Shown one piece after another: positions 1 through 11,659 of a stretch of 64,000 nt of DNA (positions are counted from its first letter, which is position 1; each line of letters begins with the position of its first letter). The DNA is taken from assembly GCA_030141605.1 (NCBI GenBank), contig JAQGDQ010000035.1:868001-932000 (forward strand), in the 5' to 3' direction. This DNA is from Tubiluchus corallicola. Lineage: Eukaryota; Animalia; Priapulida. The position numbers and the translations under genes were made by a program. The notes under the pieces are model-generated. The model was not told the DNA's origin. It ran no database searches and saw nothing but the letters and a program-made list of their open reading frames with translations.

Positions 1-37
1 AGATTGCACCTGGTTAATTGCAGCTCCTATTGGGCAG
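1..37 (+). CDS. aGPCR exon (truncated by window edge), CUB domain N-terminal part
   Basis: Frame 2 DCTWLIAAPIGQ, then CAG/GTATGT donor at 38 (phase 0); matches CUB C-x-W-x-I-x-A-P-x-G. Confidence 0.85.
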
Positions 38-299
38 GTATGTTAGAATATGACTAAAACAAGTGCAAGTTCTTGCGCTGGTGGCCAAGGCAGTAATAAT
101 GGTTAAATAGTCGATTCATCTAGTATCCCAATGTCACTGTGTCAGTTATAGGAAATATAAATTATTTTTGTGAAACAACGGATCACACATTTTAAATAAG
201 TTCAAGTATTCTATCATCAACTCTTTAGTTAAGAGAGCTCTCAAAATTTACTCTTCACAAACAATGTTGAAATTGGAACTCCAAAACATTACTGCCAGA

Positions 300-1352
300 A
301 CCACAGTGTTCTTGGATCGCTTTTGTTTTTATGTTTTATTAATGATTTACCTGATGTTATTGATGCTATAACAGCAAAGTTATTTGCAGATGATGTAAAG
401 CTCTATCAATGTTTTTGGTCAAGTCATCTTCATTCAGCCCTGGATTCAATCAATTTATGGGCTAATGAGTGGCAACTAGTTATAGCCATACCGAAATCCA
501 ATGTTATATACATTGGCAATGCTAATCCGGGCCATGAATATCACTTTTTTGACTCTTATTTGCCCGTCGAAACAAGTGCGCATGATTAGTGTTATAATTT
601 CTCATGACCTGAAATGGACAAACCAATGCATTGGGCCAATAGAATTACAAATATGTTGTTTAGAATGTTTCCTACTGATGATAAAGGCATATTGTTAAAA
701 TCGTTCATAGTTTACATAAGACCTATTGTAGAGTATTGCTTGCCAGTCTGGAATCCAGCTTTATTAGGGTAATGTTGACCGTATAGAAAGTGTGCAGCGA
801 TACTTTACTCGACGCCTGTTTTATAGATGTAATTTAATGTATATGCCATATCCTAAGCCTCTGGAGATTCTACATCTAAAGTCTTTAGAGGATAGACGCA
901 TTCAAAGAGATTTAGCTTTATTCTACCAAATTATTCATAGCGAAGTTGATGTTGACTTTGACAATTTTTTACTCGTGTATCTTGCAATAGAACAAGGCAA
1001 AATCATTCTCTGAAGTTTTTCGTGCGTCGATCAGCTAAAGTATCAATTGGTCAATTTTTCTCAAATCGTGTTGTACCGATTTGGAACTCATTGCCTGCAT
1101 ATGTTGATGGTGCACCCCTCGTAACGGCACAAAATATTAAGTTATTTAAAAGCCCCTTATCTAAAGTTAAGTTGTATAAATTCCTTGTACACAATAGACG
1201 CATGTAAGCAGTTAATCTCTTTGTGTCCTTACCACACTCTTGTAAATATTTTAGTTGTATGTTTTTTGCCAACGGGTTTTATTTTATATTGTTTTTATTG
1301 GCTGTATTTTACTATTGGGTGTGAATAAAATAAATAAAATAAAGAAATAAAT
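300..1352 (+). mobile_element. Decayed 5'-truncated LINE (CR1/Jockey-like RT and 3' end)
   Basis: FINDLPD...LFADDVKLY RT motif, QRYFTRR, FFSNRVVPIWNSLP C-terminal motif over frameshifted ORFs; A-rich tail about 1323-1352. Confidence 0.85.
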
Positions 1353-2639
1353 AGAAGGTGATACCAAACCTAAGGCCAGCGAGTGTTAAAAAGCAAACAA
1401 CCACGTTATCCAATAGGACTGACCAGTCTAACACAAACTCACTGAGTTCCATTAATACTAATGCGCCAGTCTCTCTTACATAATACAAAGGAATGCGTTT
1501 TTTAACATTAGACATTCAGCTAAAATCAGTGCAATTTTTATATGTAATTTAGAGGGAATTCAGCTTTTCTCAGTAATTTGTTTTCAAATATACCACCAAT
1601 ACCCGCTAGTATTGCTAGCCACATGAGTCCCACCTTTAATTGTTTGTGAATTTAAACATCACAGATAAGGCAAACAATACATTACTTGACGATACAACCA
1701 ATGCAGTTCTGAAGGCAAAGTTAAAAGCAGCAAAATCTGAAAGGGCGCTCTTCTGTTTGCTGCGAAACTATAACATAAAAATTAAAGCGATAAGGGCAGC
1801 ACAAAACAAATATAAATAATTAATAGAAGAACCATATTTTATAAAATTAACCCAGTACTTAACGGTAATATAAAATTAAACCAGAACGTGACTCGAGGTT
1901 TTATCTACAATTTGCTAATATTATAACACCATCCACTGTCTGTTTGCTACATCTAGTGACAGAAAACACAAACTTTTTTCCGTATCAATGCCTGCTAACT
2001 TTTTTCTTTGTTGTTTATTTCCTAATTAGCCAGCTTGGCTGTTTTTAAATTGGTTAAAATGTTTGAGGTATCTACTCATTTTATTTTGGATTAAGGATTT
2101 TAACATGAATTTAGTTTTAACTTAGTGAGTTTATTTCAGTAGTTCTGAGTTTTTGTTTATATAAGTTTTTTGTAGTGCACTATAAATTTTTAAACATGTT
2201 CACAAGTTAAAATTCTATATAACATAAAATAGTTGAAAGGTTAAGCCGTAGTAAAATTTATCTAATATTGTGAGTCAATTTTTTAATGAATTTTAATAAA
2301 CATGAATTTTTATTTCACAATAATAGTCATCTATATTTTGAAAATAAAAATAGAAAAATAGAAAAGTGAAAAACATTTACATGAAGGTTGCAGAAAAAGC
2401 CCTGGCATGTTACTGCCATTTTGACACTATGGAGGGTTACAGCTGAATCTCGCGTCTACAGTGTACCAGAGAACTCATAGAGTATGACCAAGGAATGAGG
2501 CTTGCCTGGAGTATTAGCTCAATGTATATAATGGGTTATCATTACTTATCATTAAACCTAAAAGAGATAGATAATTAAATAGTGACATAGAATGTGGTAT
2601 AAGGTGTCATGTTACACTCTAAAATGATTACGTACATAT

Positions 2640-3044
2640 TGGACTGCTGTCCGCTTTTAACGGAGGCAGGACGGATGGCACCGCGGCCTACCCCGTGCGG
2701 CATGTCTCAATTAAGTCGCTCAACGCCAAACCAAAACAGAACCCGAATAATAAAGTCGAAATGTCAATTTATTACTAAATATTACAAATAGCTTACCTAA
2801 AAGAACGGAGTTTGCGGCAAAGCCTGTGAAATGTGAACAGAGCTGCAATGAAAGACACGACCACTGACAAGGATCTACAGCAGACCTTTTATAAGCTCAG
2901 GTGTGCACGTGACTAGTGGCTTTTAGTAACACAAGGTCAGAATACGAGTCTATGTGCTAGATAAAGCCACGTTCACATGCACACCTGAGTCTACTGTATT
3001 CCCTGCCAGCATTACACTTCATCTCATCACAGCCCTGCAGTACA
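2640..3044 (-). repeat. Gypsy 3' LTR (405 bp)
   Basis: tggactgc...gcagtaca; matches 11232-11646 apart from about 7 substitutions and 3 indels counted by eye. Confidence 0.95.
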
Positions 3045-3060
3045 CCGTCCCCCTTCCTCC
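3045..3060 (-). promoter_or_regulatory. Polypurine tract of Gypsy element
   Basis: Minus strand ggaggaagggggacgg abuts the 3' LTR. Confidence 0.9.
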
Positions 3061-4569
3061 AGACAAACAAGTCCCTTCTTCGAAGATCTAGTCTTCCATC
3101 GGGAGGGACAAGAACAGCTAGCCACACAGACCAGAAGCAAGTCCGAGCACTGCTAATCGGCAATACAAAAAGTTTTTCCTTCCATTAATCAAATAGAATC
3201 ACAGAAATATTTTGTAAAGACTGACAATTCTACAAAACAACATGAGCTAGTGTATAATGCCTACTGAATTACAAATTAAAAGATGAAAACATTGTTACTT
3301 TTCTTGCTTGAATAAGTTAAAGTTAAACATTGCATTTCTAGTAACAACAATTTCAATATAACGGCGAGTTGACTTAGAAAACTTCCAACTAAATATGCCT
3401 AAGAATGTCTACGTAAGAATGCAAAAATGAACGAAATAAATGTAATCAGATATCATCCGCTATCCGTAAATAAACGTAACGTAGCGTAAATAATTCGCAC
3501 GATCTGCAATTCTTAATGATTCACCAATCATGTCTCAACAAGCAAATGCAAGTAAGGTGTGAGGTGTGGACTAGCCCTTAGCCAAGCAACAACGCATCCG
3601 ATACCACGGGTTCAACACCTGGGTTGGTAGAGCTTGCCTGGAAAAGATGAACGCTAGTACTCATGTCAAGCATACAGTTAGTTCAAGTGAATTTTCACTG
3701 CAGACCCAGCATAAGATTTATTGAGCTTAAGTATTGGCTCCTATGGCGAAAAATGTCGATTCTCCAAAAATTTCCAAAATAGCTGTGCTGTACAACAGAA
3801 AAAATGTAGTAAATCTGCTTACACCAACTATATTCGTAGCGGGAAACAAAAACAAAAAGTTATATGCCACTTTATCTTTAAATAAATCAACATCTTTGAT
3901 AAGCAACAACAATGCTAACAACTTAACTTCTAAAAAAATTTTAACACCTTACCGTGTTCGATTAACTTACGCAACCAAGGGCTGGTCAGTGGTCAAAGTC
4001 GCTCTGTTCACATGGTAGCCAACAGACAAGGCTTTGTCGCGAAGCTAGAAATAGGACCTCGAAGAACGAAAGCAACAACAATAAACGTCAATTAACGAAA
4101 AAGACTAATTAGAACTAGTCATCAACTGGAATCGGTTGACTTAAAACAACGAAATTGAGAATTTCGATCACGACTATATTCTCGTACATCTTAGATGAAA
4201 CAGTCCAAACAAACAGTAATTGTTTAGCAAAAGTAAAATGTTTGTTCTGCCATTTATCTCTCGAAATATGTTCAATTCTTGGTTCCTCAGCTGCAAAAAA
4301 AACAAAATTTTTACATTTTGAGACATGCTTATTAAGTAAATTATATCATTCGAGTTAAACAAGCATCTAGTCACGTATTTTCGTATTTGACATGTGTAAG
4401 TAGACGCAACTCCATTCTTAAGTGCTAATTTGGATGTGTCACATAGAATAGTTACTGGAATTACGAAAATGTTTCGCGTAAATAATTCTATGAGTGCATC
4501 TAAACTCGAGCATTTTCTTGCTTGTAAAGTGAGGGTTAAGATGAGAGAACTCTTCTAGCATTTCATTTC

Positions 4570-5348
4570 TCAAGTCTCGGAATTGCGTATTCGATGTGCA
4601 GTAGGGTCTTCATAAATGAAGTTTCCATGGAGGGTTGTAGGTTGTCTTGTCCTGCGGGGGTAAGGTCGGGGAGGACTGGACGGCAACTGGACGTCAACGG
4701 CTGCATTGGCTTCCAAAAAGGTTAGTGGTGTGCTAGAATGGGTCTCGCTTGATACGAGAACAGGATTAATAAAAGTTGGAGAGAGAACAGGCTCCGGTAA
4801 CGTAGGTTGTGATGTTACATTATGATCGGATTGAAACGATTTGGGTTGTCTATCAACAGCTTTTCTATTGTTTATCTCAAGATTACACTCAACATTGCTC
4901 CTAGAATGGTTCACCTGGGTAGACTGCTTGCCTGAAAGAGGCGTGCGTACACTATCGCCGGACTTTACAGAGGAGTCCTCAGCAATTGCTGAACTGGAGC
5001 TACCAGGAAGCCATTCGCTAATGAGTTGCGAGTTGATTCGTCGGGAATAAATTCAGCAGAGTCGGCTGTGTCAAGTAAATTAAGAGTGGTTGAGCCAGGA
5101 AAATCAACTCTTTCGGGTGTGGATGTTCGTGGTTTTGATATAGGCGGAGAGAAGGTGGGCATTGAAAGCCGTACATCACCGTTGGATGAATTGTCATGGG
5201 AAAGGGAAAGTGGATCACGAATGGGAATTAAGGCTGGCATGGAGGAATTAAGTAGTTCTGGAATTTTGGCTAGAAAACTCGATGCATTTTCATTGTGCTC
5301 ATCATTATAATCAGCTATTCTGCATGGTGAGTATGGAGGTGGCGGCAA
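4570..5348 (-). pseudogene. Broken Pro/Ser-rich C-terminal extension downstream of Gypsy integrase
   Basis: ORFs 4965-5348 and 4570-4914 are P/S-rich and end in RPYPRRTRQP, like the basic tail motif of many Gypsy pol proteins. Confidence 0.55.
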
Positions 5349-5386
5349 TCCGAAGGAATCGAGTGATACAGAACGATCAACTGCAG

Positions 5387-8356
5387 TCAGCTGAGGCTCG
5401 AGTTCAATGTTTTGTTCAATTTTAGATTTATCGATGCCCGATGGATCGGCATTGAAGTTATCGGCGGCCGATTTATCGCTTCGGGATCAAGGCTATAAGT
5501 TACTGTAGCTTGGCTGTCAGATAATTCATTGAGTGAAGGCGTTTCACCAGGTATCCAGGAAAATCCAGTGGCTGGCGTATAACGCCACAGACGATCTGCA
5601 TGAACAATTTTGCATCTTTGTCTTGGTCCCGGCAAACGTATACGATAGACAACATCTGAGAGGCGTGTTATAATTTCATAAGGTCCTTGCCAATCAGACT
5701 GAAGCTTTGGACTGCGACCGATTTTACGCTGAGGGTTAAAAAACCAAACTTTTTCCCCAACAGAAAATTGAACATCACGAGAACGGACATTATAGCGTCT
5801 ACGCATTGTTTCATGAGAAATGCGGAGGTTTTCTCTAATGAAATGGTGAACGTCATGTAGACGATTCTGAAGATTTTTAACATACTGGACGACAGTACTT
5901 GAATCAAAGTTTGAAGGTGGGCGTCCTAATAGATCAAGAGGCAGCCTTAGTTCTCTACCAAACGTGGCTTGAGCAGGTGTGAATCCAGTTGGGTCATGTA
6001 CGGCTGATCTGTATGAAGGCAAAAACAAAGGAATCTTTTCATCGCAATCACGCTGATGGGCACTAGTGAATTGTGCAAGCTGTCGGGAAATGGTCCGTAT
6101 AAAGCGCTCGCACATTCCATCGCTTTTTGGGTTAAGCGCAGTCGTTCGAGTTTTCTCAATACCCATAAGATTACAGCATTGATGAAAGATCTTACTTTCA
6201 AAATTTCGGCCTTGGTCTGAATGAATTTCGTTTGGTAACCCAAATCGGCAAAAGAAATCGTTTACCAATACTGCAGCTATAGTCTCGGCTTCTTGGTTCG
6301 GCAAGGGATAGCATTCCGGCGATTTTGAGAAATAATCCATTGCAACTAATATGTATTTGTTGTTAGAATTAGACAACGGAAAAGGACCTGCCACGTCAAT
6401 GGCGATTCGTTCCATAGGGGCGCCCACACGGTATAGTTGTAAAGGTGCACAAGGTTTTCGCTGCGGTCCCTTTTTCTTGCAACAAATTTCGCAAGTTCGC
6501 GTCCATATTTCAACATCTTGCCGCATTCCCGGCCAAAAAAAGTGCTGCCGCAGTAAATCAAGAGTTTTGTTTTGTCCAAAATGGCCTGCAGTTGGAGATG
6601 AATGCATTTCCGTTAAAACGTTTTCGCGAAAAGCGCGAGGGACTAACCATTGCCAGCGAGTAAGACTCCCTTCAAATTTCAGCTGCAAAATGCCATCTTT
6701 TAAACGCAGTGTGTCCCAATGCGCTAAAACCGCTTTAGCGTCTCTACTAAGTGGTGATCGCTGTTCCCATGTTAGTTTTTCGCTTGACGTTTCAAGAAAC
6801 GCTATGACTGGTGCTAGATCTTTATCATTTAATTGACCTTTAAAATCTAGTTCAGTATCACGCAAAGTTGTTCCGACTTTGACTAATTTTGCCGGTTCAG
6901 TGATTTCTGGTTTCACACATTTTGATGCCTGACTAATTTCACTGTCAACTTTACTTCCTAAGGCGGGCAGTAAGGCATTTTTGCTATTTTCAGCTTCTGA
7001 ATTGTTTGCTGTTCTCAGAGTTTCAAATTTTATTTCGCGTTTGTCGCAATGAGAGCACTCGTGTTCGCATGGCCGTCTAGACAGCGCGTCTGCATTCGCG
7101 TGACTTTTACCGGGCCTATGCTCTATCTTGTACTGATATTGGTCCAATTTCGCAAGCCATCGAGCTAATTGTCCTTCCGGGCGCTTAAGCGTGCGAAGCC
7201 ACCGAAGTGCCGCATGATCGGTGCGTATAGAAAAGGGTTTTCCGTAAAGATAGTGATGGAAGTTGCTCACCGCTTTTATCACGGCCATGAGTTCACGTCT
7301 AGTGGCACAGTAATTGCGTTCTGCGGGGCTAAGTATTTGCCTGAAATAGGCAATTACACGTTCATGTCCATTTTGGACTTGAGAGAGTACAGCACCGATG
7401 GCGACATTACTAGCATCGGTGTCAAGTATGAAATCTTTATCGAACTGAGGATACGCCAGTACAGGGGAGGAAGTAAGCAAGGCTTTAAATCTCTCAAAAG
7501 ACTGCTGCTGGTCTTGTAGCCACAAGAAAGGTTGATGTTTACGAGTTAGTTCGTGCAGTGGAGCTGCTATTTTTGCAAAGTCTTTGATGAAGCGCCTGTA
7601 GTAGGTACAAATGCCAAGAAAACTACGTAGCTCAGTCAAGTTTGTTGGTATAGGCCATTTCGCTACTGCATCAGTTTTTGCAGGATCGGTGTGTACTCCT
7701 TGGGAACTGACATTGTGTCCAATGTAGGCTACCTGCTTTTGTGTAAGTAGACATTTCTCAGCGTTAAGTTTAAGTCCGGCTGTTTGGAAGCGAGTGAAGA
7801 CCTCTTGTAGACGCTCCAAGTGTTCGTCAAAGGTGCGGCCATAAACTATGACGTCATCGAGGTAGATTAGTAGGGTATGCCAATGAAGGCCAGCCAGGAC
7901 CTGCTCCATAAGGCGTTCGAAAGTCGCTGGCGCATCCGTCAAGCCAAAAGGCATAGCCTTGAACTGCCAGAGGCCTCTACGTATAATGAAAGCCGTCTTT
8001 TCCTTGTCGTTAGGATGCATTTCGACCTGGTGATACCCAGATTTCAGGTCAAGGGTGGAAAACCATTCAGAGCCTGATAGTGCATCTATCGAGTCGTCTA
8101 TACGGGGTAAAGGATAACTGTCTTTGATGGTAATTGCATTTAGGGCTCTATAATCAATGCAGCATCTAGTGCCCCCGTTTTTCTTTCGTACTAAAACCAC
8201 TGCAGATGACCACGGGCTGCACGAAGGCTCGATCATACCTTGTGCTTCCATCTCTTCCATAGCTGCATCAAGCTGCTTGCGCTGCGTTTCACCGAGTCGC
8301 CGCGGTTGCACTTTAATTGGCGCATGATTGTCAGTGTTGATCGTGTGCTGGACCAC
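5387..8356 (-). CDS. pol: Gypsy Pol: reverse transcriptase - RNase H - integrase
   Basis: 989-aa open frame: LDLKSGYHQ, MPFGL, YLDD; RNase H DTDAS...TDH; integrase HHCC, IDVAGP/SDQG/E, and WQGPY (GPY/F) motif. Confidence 0.95.
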   Translation of the reverse strand: MVQHTINTDNHAPIKVQPRRLGETQRKQLDAAMEEMEAQGMIEPSCSPWSSAVVLVRKKNGGTRCCIDYRALNAITIKDSYPLPRIDDSIDALSGSEWFSTLDLKSGYHQVEMHPNDKEKTAFIIRRGLWQFKAMPFGLTDAPATFERLMEQVLAGLHWHTLLIYLDDVIVYGRTFDEHLERLQEVFTRFQTAGLKLNAEKCLLTQKQVAYIGHNVSSQGVHTDPAKTDAVAKWPIPTNLTELRSFLGICTYYRRFIKDFAKIAAPLHELTRKHQPFLWLQDQQQSFERFKALLTSSPVLAYPQFDKDFILDTDASNVAIGAVLSQVQNGHERVIAYFRQILSPAERNYCATRRELMAVIKAVSNFHHYLYGKPFSIRTDHAALRWLRTLKRPEGQLARWLAKLDQYQYKIEHRPGKSHANADALSRRPCEHECSHCDKREIKFETLRTANNSEAENSKNALLPALGSKVDSEISQASKCVKPEITEPAKLVKVGTTLRDTELDFKGQLNDKDLAPVIAFLETSSEKLTWEQRSPLSRDAKAVLAHWDTLRLKDGILQLKFEGSLTRWQWLVPRAFRENVLTEMHSSPTAGHFGQNKTLDLLRQHFFWPGMRQDVEIWTRTCEICCKKKGPQRKPCAPLQLYRVGAPMERIAIDVAGPFPLSNSNNKYILVAMDYFSKSPECYPLPNQEAETIAAVLVNDFFCRFGLPNEIHSDQGRNFESKIFHQCCNLMGIEKTRTTALNPKSDGMCERFIRTISRQLAQFTSAHQRDCDEKIPLFLPSYRSAVHDPTGFTPAQATFGRELRLPLDLLGRPPSNFDSSTVVQYVKNLQNRLHDVHHFIRENLRISHETMRRRYNVRSRDVQFSVGEKVWFFNPQRKIGRSPKLQSDWQGPYEIITRLSDVVYRIRLPGPRQRCKIVHADRLWRYTPATGFSWIPGETPSLNELSDSQATVTYSLDPEAINRPPITSMPIHRASINLKLNKTLNSSLS

Positions 8357-8379
8357 GTTGGTCCGGCCGATATCTGCTG

Positions 8380-9213
8380 GTCCAGAAGAAAATAGCTGGT
8401 TGTTTTCAAGAGAAAGGCGTGCAAACGCTTAAGCTGTTTACTAGATAGATGCTCTTTACTTTTCTCGAGCAAATTTCGAACAGGTTCAGATAGATGGGTG
8501 CATTTGTTTAATTTTCTAATAGCACGAAAACCATTGCATTTTTGAACTGGTTTAGGTTTGAGTGGTTCAGGAAGTTCTTGCAAAACTTCCCACTGACCAA
8601 TCACTTCATTAGCTGATATAGTCACAGGTTCAGGTGACAAATTTGCAAGCAATGTTTTAACAGCATTTGCACCAGGGGCTGCAGTTACACGGCCAGTTAA
8701 AACACCTTCGCGACAGAAAAAGTCAGGATTTACACGGGTAATCATGCCTGTGGCAAGTGGCAACGGCACAGCTGGTCTACCTTCTAATACAGTTTCTTAG
8801 AATTAAGGCAAAATTATTCGTTTTACATTTAAAATATCAGTAGTACCGTCCGCCAAGGGAAAAATTTTAACAAACTGACCGTCTGGGAAAATCAATAAAT
8901 TTTTAGCTGTGTTCACGCTAACATGATTAGCACGAAGACAATCCAGGCCAAGCACACAATCATCACCTACAAGGTCATTCGAAAGCCAAACCGGTACTGC
9001 GCCAGACCACATTTCCGGTTCATTGCCAAGTTCCAAAGAAACATTAACTGGACCATACAATTCAAGCTCAGATCCGTTTGCGCTTAAAGCTTTGCGATTT
9101 TCTAATAAGATTTCTCCAGTTTGTAAGGAAAGAAATTCTTTTCTTACTGTTGTCTGACTCGCACCAGTGTCAACTAAAATGCGGCAAACACGACCGTTTA
9201 TTGAGCCGCGCAC
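8380..9213 (-). pseudogene. Gypsy aspartic protease and PR-RT linker (frameshifted relative to RT)
   Basis: ILVDTGAS catalytic motif and VLGLD in ORF 8803-9213; linker in ORF 8233-8769. Confidence 0.88.
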
Positions 9214-9390
9214 ATACAGACCAAGGGCGGGCTGCTTATAAGCGTTTTTGTTACGAACCGACGCAGAATAATTACTGGCGTAATGCGATGCGGGTGCTCC
9301 TATGGAGACTGCTCGTCTAGTGCTCGGCTGTCTCCTTCTCCTGCCACCCGCTTTTAAAAATGCGAACGCCCACGACCGAAGTTGTTGTAA

Positions 9391-10947
9391 TTAGCTGTTG
9401 ACTAGTAATAATTTTGGGGGGGTAGTCCCAGTACATGGATGATTTTGCCCCATATTTGCAGAAAAACCGTTGTTTTGGCAAAAATTATTAGAAAATTGTG
9501 CTCTATGGCGAGTTGGTTGGTCAGTCCAACTATGGGAAGGGGAAGAGCACTGTCTTGCTAAATGCCCAAAACCACCACAATTATAACAAACTGGGCCTGA
9601 ACCACGATCCATGGGTTTAGGAGACTTTTTCTGGCCAACATTTGAAACTCTGCCGTGTTTTTCAGGGGTGCGATTAGGAGCAGATTTGCTAACGTCGTTA
9701 TTTGGGCTTTTGGAATTCGAACTGGGGGGCGAGGTAGCAGGTAGGTGCTGAACCTTAATCGAGCTTTTGCTTGGGGGTTCGTTTTCTGTTACTCGTTTAG
9801 ACGTAGCCCGAATGGACTCACCTGTAAGTGCAGTAGCTAAAGCACTTGCGAGATCAGGCGGTACACTCTGCTGAATGTGTATTGCTAACTCAGAATCCAT
9901 TAAACAATCTACGAATTTATGAATTAGCTGCTGCTCAGCAGTTTTTGTGTCAACGGTTGGAAATGCACGATGATAAAGAACGCGCAATTGCTCAGCGTAT
10001 TGCCTTAAATCTTCACCAGTGTGGCGTACTCTAGCGTTATAATGCGCACGATAAACGCTCTCTCTATTTTGATAGAGCCGACGAAAGGACGTCATAGTTA
10101 GACCTTTGCGCCTCTGGAATGACTTCCAGCACGCCCGCAGCACTCCCTTTTAATTTTAATGCTAACCGCGCACCAGCCTCGGTGTTGTCCCAGCCATAAG
10201 CCCGACGGAGAAGCTGGAACTGTGCCTCAAAACTTTCCCAATACACTGTCTCGCCATCAAAAGGTGGCAAACCTCGGAGTGCCTTTCACCGAGCTGCCCC
10301 ATGCTGATGTCACTCGCCATGTTTGCAGCTGCATTATCGACATTTTGTGCCACGGTGCTGGTTGCCAAACCCGTTTGTGCAGTAGAACAACCAGAAGTCC
10401 GCAAAATGGACTCGAAAGACTGGTCTAGGTTGCTTAGGTCAGTTTCAAAACGTACACGTGGGGTAGAGCCAGAAGGACCATTTTGAATCTGGCTAGACCC
10501 TTGATTTTGATGCTGTGCGTCAGCAGTGTCAGTGTTAGCCATTAAAGGGGTAGAACCCAAAAGATGCTTCTTTGCCAAAGTATCACCTGTTGTAGGCGTC
10601 TCTGGTTCGCGACATGCAGTAAAATCCAAAATGGCACTGGAAATTGCCTGAAGCAGCGTAGCAACCACATTTGTCAGGTCTTGAAAACTCTCAGAAATAC
10701 TAGACAACTGTTGTCTGATTTGATAGGTATCTGACGCGAAATTTTGCCCAAAATTTTGATTACTTGGACTAACTCGCGTGCCCAACGTTGCATTTGGATC
10801 ACTAGCCGCGTGCCATGAAAGAAAATCAATATTAGACATGCCCCAAGTACTCACGCTAGGCTGGGAAGAGGAATGTTGTGAAGCAACAGATAGCAAAAGT
10901 AGCTGACCTTGGCTTTGCCTTTGAACATTCAGGTAGCTTCGCTGCAT
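9391..10947 (-). pseudogene. gag: Gypsy gag (frameshifted) with CCHC zinc knuckle
   Basis: PFDGETVYWESFEAQF...GW...LKGSA capsid-type motif (10064-10270); CYNCGGFGHLARQC knuckle in ORF 9391-10143; spread over three frames. Confidence 0.88.
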
Positions 10948-11209
10948 TCAGTACAAAGGTTATGCACAGGGCAAGTAACAAAAGGATTAGTTGTATTACA
11001 AGCACAGATCGACAATACGTACTCATTATTAGTACAACTAACAACTACAGCAATGTTCCGTAGAATCTAAGGCAGTGCCCCTTAATTCTTGACCATTAGA
11101 AGATTACACACTCTGTTCTAACAGAAAATCGGCAAGCTGACGGTGTTGTAACCGTTAAAGGTCAACATCAACCACAGTGCAATAATCGGAATGCCCAGAT
11201 GAGGGTAAC

Positions 11210-11230
11210 ATCCCACTTGTTGTGACACCA
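11210..11230 (-). promoter_or_regulatory. Primer binding site, tRNA-Leu-like
   Basis: Minus strand TGGTGTCACAACAAGTGGGAT one base from the 5' LTR; resembles the tRNA-Leu PBS TGGTGTCAGAAGTGGGAT with a 3-nt insertion. Confidence 0.8.
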
Positions 11231-11231
11231 G

Positions 11232-11646
11232 TGGACTGCTGTCCGCTTTTAACGGAGGCGGGACGGATGGCACCGCGGCCTACTACGCGCGGCATGTCTC
11301 AATTAAGTCGCTCAACGCCAAACCAAAAACAGAACCCGAATAATAAAGTCGAAATGTCAATTTATTACTAAATATTACAAATAGCTTACCTAAAAGAACG
11401 GAGTTTGCGGCAAAGCCTGTGAAATGTGAACAGAGCTGCGATGAAAGACACGACCACTGACAAGGATCTACAGCAGACATTCCCTTTTTATAAGCTCAGG
11501 TGTGCACGTGACTAGTGGCTTTTAGTAACACAAGGTCAGAATACGAGTCTATGTGCTAGATAAAGCCATGTTCACATGCACACCTGAGAAGTCTACTGTA
11601 TTCCCTGCCAGAATTACACTTCATCTCATCACAGCCCTGCAGTACA
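11232..11646 (-). repeat. Gypsy 5' LTR (415 bp)
   Basis: Direct repeat of 2640-3044, followed by ATAT TSD. Confidence 0.95.
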
Positions 11647-11659
11647 ATATCATTTGCAC

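Larger units (their letters stand above)
2640..11646 (-). mobile_element. Structurally complete Ty3/Gypsy LTR retrotransposon
   Basis: Direct LTRs 2640-3044 and 11232-11646 (TG...CA); 4-bp TSD ATAT at 2636-2639 and 11647-11650; PBS, PPT, gag, PR, RT-RNaseH-IN in Gypsy order. Confidence 0.97.

Noticed and set aside
3570-3630. tRNA-like ggttcaacacc in the Gypsy 3' region
   Set aside because: No convincing A box or cloverleaf.
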